64,000 bases of DNA, taken from NCBI GenBank assembly GCA_002786225.1, contig PEQN01000004.1:85915-149914 (forward strand), written 5' to 3'. The position numbers were made by a program, and so were the translations under genes. Positions 61,287 through 64,000 of the stretch are shown piece after piece. The notes beneath the pieces are model-generated. The model worked only from the letters and a program-made list of their open reading frames with translations. It had not been told where the DNA came from and searched no databases. The stretch's first letter is position 1. Every line of letters begins with the position of its first letter. Source of the stretch: Leptospira sp. (GTDB lineage: Bacteria > Spirochaetota > Leptospiria > Leptospirales > Leptospiraceae).

Positions 61287-63102
61287 GAAGAAACTCCTGG
61301 CTATTCAATATTGCCCAAACAAAATCTTGTAAAATTTGTCGTTCAAAGTGTCCGTCTCCTTTGGGGAGATTTGAAATTAATAATTCTTTTTCTTTGCCTG
61401 TCATCTCCCTACCTAAAAGAATTAGAAAGGGATCATTGACAACAGAACTCATAGATTTTGTTGCCTCAAATGTTTTTACACTTTGAGAATCCTTCCCCCC
61501 AAAATCCCAGGCTGCCTTTCCTGTTAATCTTCCATTCATAAGAGTTAAGACTTGGTCTATTGTTATTTCAGTATGGTCATCTTCAACATCGGTTCTATTG
61601 CCTGAACCAAAGATTGCCAAGAACTGGTTAGGTCTTGCTGGTCTTTCCATTTGAGATGCAAATTTAATATCCTTTTGATCTTTATCAGGAATCTTTAGCT
61701 CACCCTTTCCTTTGAGATTAACTTTCTTAGTAAAAAAATGAGTTAACCTTCGTTCGCTGAACAACCATTTTGGTTGGTCAACTTCTAGAGTTCCCTTTAC
61801 GATAGAATTCATCAATTGATCCGGATCCATACGTCTAGAGGGAAAATATTGGATTCGATTTGATTTCTCTTCTTCATTTGCTGGTGTTCGTCTTGCATAA
61901 GCTTGGGAATTAACGATATAGAAAATCAGTTCTTTGATAGAATGATTTTTCTCTAAGAAAACTTGGTCTAAATGATTCAAGACATCTTCCGCTTGGATAA
62001 CTGTATCTTTGTTCCAATCATCCTCAGGAGTGAAAAACGCCCAACCCATAAGCTCTCTCCAGATACGATTGATAATAACTTTTCTAAATCTAGGATTTTC
62101 TTTGGCAACTAACCAATCTACAAAGATTTTCCTTCGATCAGACCCCTCTTTAATTTCTGGGATTGTTCCATCTGGAAATTTAGGTTGGACCAAATCTCCT
62201 CCAGGTTTATCATCTTTTATTGGAAAGCGAATCCCTAGTCTTTCTTCGTAGTATAGCTTCCCAAATTTCAATAAATTTTTATTTTTATGCTTTTCTCTTT
62301 CTTCTTTGGACATTTTGTTCCAATACGTTTGATCCCATTCTCTATTTCTATCTTTAACGATTTTCTGCTCTTTCAAAGGGAGATTTTCTATATCTTCATT
62401 GGGGATATTGGGTATAGCCTCCCCTTCGAATCTTTTCTCATCCCACCAGCCTGTGCGGTAAAATTGTTGGCTGAAGAAGGCTGCAATTGCGTAGTAATCT
62501 CTTTGAGTAAATGATTTATCAAATTTATCATCATGGCACCGGGCACATCCCACTCGTTTAGCATAAAATACACGACCAACATACTCAGCGACTTGTAAGG
62601 GGTCAGCAGAATCTCTAGCATAGAAATGGCCTGCTGGATTTTTCTCAAGGTCACCTTCTGCGGTAATCATTTCTCTCACTAAAATATCGTACGGTTTGTC
62701 CTCATGAAGTGAATTTGCGAGGTATTTGTAAAATCCACCATAGACCTCATCTCTTCTATTCGTTTGTTCGCGAAATAAGGAACCAAGTTTGGTAGCCCAG
62801 TATTCAGCAAATTCTGGACTTTGTAAGTATTGAATGCTAGTTAAGCGAAGCTTATCCGACTCGGAGTTTTTCGCAAATTCTAAGGACTCCTTACCATCAG
62901 GGATAGTTCCTCTTAGATGAAGAGAGAGTCTTCGAAGTAGATTGGAATCATGGGTAGATTCAAGCTTAGCTTGGACATATCTAGCATATATCTTATCAAG
63001 GTTTTCAGATTCAAATTCTACATTTGCGCTGGAGAGTGTAATCCAGACAGCAGAAAGGAAGGGAATAAAAAGTATAAAAAAGATTCTTAACTTAGCAATC
63101 AT
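61276..63102 (-). CDS. DUF1549/DUF1553 domain protein
   Basis: Signal peptide. LLRRLSLHLRGTIPDGKESLEF...LQSPEFAEYWA (DUF1549 pattern) and GCARCHDDKFDKSFTQRDYYAIAAFF (conserved CxRCHDHKFD block). Overlaps the DUF1501 gene by 11 nt. Confidence 0.8.
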   Translation of the reverse strand: MIAKLRIFFILFIPFLSAVWITLSSANVEFESENLDKIYARYVQAKLESTHDSNLLRRLSLHLRGTIPDGKESLEFAKNSESDKLRLTSIQYLQSPEFAEYWATKLGSLFREQTNRRDEVYGGFYKYLANSLHEDKPYDILVREMITAEGDLEKNPAGHFYARDSADPLQVAEYVGRVFYAKRVGCARCHDDKFDKSFTQRDYYAIAAFFSQQFYRTGWWDEKRFEGEAIPNIPNEDIENLPLKEQKIVKDRNREWDQTYWNKMSKEEREKHKNKNLLKFGKLYYEERLGIRFPIKDDKPGGDLVQPKFPDGTIPEIKEGSDRRKIFVDWLVAKENPRFRKVIINRIWRELMGWAFFTPEDDWNKDTVIQAEDVLNHLDQVFLEKNHSIKELIFYIVNSQAYARRTPANEEEKSNRIQYFPSRRMDPDQLMNSIVKGTLEVDQPKWLFSERRLTHFFTKKVNLKGKGELKIPDKDQKDIKFASQMERPARPNQFLAIFGSGNRTDVEDDHTEITIDQVLTLMNGRLTGKAAWDFGGKDSQSVKTFEATKSMSSVVNDPFLILLGREMTGKEKELLISNLPKGDGHFERQILQDFVWAILNSQEFLHVN

Positions 63103-63142
63103 AGGAGCTAGAATACGCTTCTATGATTGGGAGGGCAAGATC

Positions 63143-63547
63143 TTAATTCAATGGCTCGTAGTAGGCGAGATTTTCTGGGCCTTCGTGGATAACGATTCTC
63201 TTTACAATGCCGCCTGTGTTAAGAACCTCCTCTTTCAAACCATGGTAAAACCATTTTGCAATATTTTCTGAAGTTGGATTCACCCCTTTGAAATCAGGAA
63301 GATCATTGATCAAGGTATGCTCTAAGGTATCAACAAGTTCACGGAGTTTTTTCTTTGCATCCATGAAGTCATAAGAGATTCCATCCTCTCTTAAGCCATT
63401 CTTTCCGCTCAAATAAACTTCCACTTTCCAGGAATGTCCATGGTGGGGTTCATCGCTACCATCTGCGAAGTATTTATAGAGGTAATGAGAGGATTCAAAT
63501 CGACCCTCAATACGAATGTAAAAATTGCCTTTTTCTTCAAGAAACAT
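63143..63547 (-). CDS. queD: 6-carboxy-5,6,7,8-tetrahydropterin synthase
   Basis: 134 aa. HGHSWKVEV zinc/catalytic motif and the ESSHYL pattern of the PTPS/QueD family. Confidence 0.9.
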   Translation of the reverse strand: MFLEEKGNFYIRIEGRFESSHYLYKYFADGSDEPHHGHSWKVEVYLSGKNGLREDGISYDFMDAKKKLRELVDTLEHTLINDLPDFKGVNPTSENIAKWFYHGLKEEVLNTGGIVKRIVIHEGPENLAYYEPLN

Positions 63548-63612
63548 AGTACTTGACTTTATCTAAGTCGTCTAAATATTGTATAGTAAAAAGAATTCTA
63601 AAGAGTGGTAAC

Positions 63613-63840
63613 ATGACAGAATCTACGCAAACAAAATTTTATAAAGAAATGACAGTAGGAGAGGCAATGGCACTCCATCCAGAGGCTGGAATTGTTTTCT
63701 CAAGCTACCATTTAGGCGGATGTTCTCATTGTTCTATCAATGAGCTAGAGACTATTGAACAAGTTTGTATGGGATATGGAGTCGAAGTAGAAGTATTGGT
63801 TGATAGTTTGAACAATCTTCTGGAAGACTCAGAGGACTAA
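63613..63840 (+). CDS. DUF1858-type redox-disulfide small protein
   Basis: MTVGEAMALHPEAGIVFSSYHLGGCSHCS...TIEQVCMGYGVEV matches the hybrid-cluster-associated DUF1858 pattern. ATG 63613 is preferred over TTG 63553. Confidence 0.7.
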   Translation: MTESTQTKFYKEMTVGEAMALHPEAGIVFSSYHLGGCSHCSINELETIEQVCMGYGVEVEVLVDSLNNLLEDSED

Positions 63841-63939
63841 TCTCTGGATTTCCTAGAACACAACTTCAAAATCAGGTAAATCATTCTTTAATTTAAAATA
63901 CCAAGTGAGTCTTTCAATCAAAGGCTAACTAAAAACAAG

Positions 63940-63971
63940 ACCTTGGTTCTGAAAGTTCCAAGGTTTTTTTG
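63940..63971. terminator. intrinsic terminator-like hairpin
   Basis: ACCTTGG (63940-63946) pairs with CCAAGGT (63958-63964) across an 11-nt loop. A T7 run follows and an A-run precedes. Confidence 0.5.
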
Positions 63972-64000
63972 TTGCTTAGGCAATTGCGACATTTACTTCA

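Noticed and set aside
1-64000. Search by eye for tRNA, rRNA, CRISPR arrays, transposases, integrases and long direct or inverted repeats
   Set aside because: - Every intergenic gap is under 200 nt and AT-rich, with no tRNA-like T-loop (GGTTCGAATCC type) and no repeat-spacer periodicity.
- No ORF resembles a recombinase.
- A computational scan (tRNAscan, Infernal, repeat finder) would be needed to be definitive.
63972-64000. Possible minus-strand start (ATGTCGCAATTG...) at the window edge, giving a 24-codon ORF that runs through the terminator hairpin
   Set aside because: It is too short, overlaps the hairpin, has no RBS, and cannot be evaluated at the window boundary.

Overview
AT-rich, very densely coding chromosomal segment with about 66 CDS, many abutting or overlapping junctions and frequent GTG/TTG starts. 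Gene content and order look like a Leptospiraceae spirochaete; that is inference from synteny and protein features, not a search. Most of the window is housekeeping core. It contains dapB-cdaA-cdaR-acpS, then the conserved rpsB-tsf-pyrH-frr-uppS-cdsA-dxr-rseP-proS block, then trpBA, dxs, aroA-cmk-rpsA, hisG, rpmF-plsX, fabG-acpP-rnc, aroB, lolC/E-lolD, clpC, mtaB and murA. By eye I saw no rRNA, tRNA, CRISPR array, transposase, integrase or phage gene, and no recognisable defence island. The non-housekeeping content is mostly signalling: one diadenylate cyclase, three class III nucleotide cyclases with different sensor modules, two cNMP-binding-like proteins, a possible degenerate PilZ protein and a CreBC/CreD-like module. 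There are also several uncharacterised genes. The observations I rank highest are: (1) a McsA-type zinc finger fused to a short, partly degenerate McsB-like guanidino-kinase core directly upstream of clpC; (2) a tightly coupled DUF1549/DUF1553 - DUF1501 - glutathione peroxidase operon; (3) an 843-aa protein with a degenerate cNMP-binding-like N-terminus and about 700 aa that I cannot assign; (4) MurA with Asp in place of the fosfomycin-target Cys, translationally coupled to a four-cluster ferredoxin; (5) an autonomously promoted and terminated small basic zinc-ribbon gene next to a 14-bp perfect palindrome flanked by A8 tracts. None of these is proven novel. All calls rest on motif recognition by eye and need profile or structure searches.
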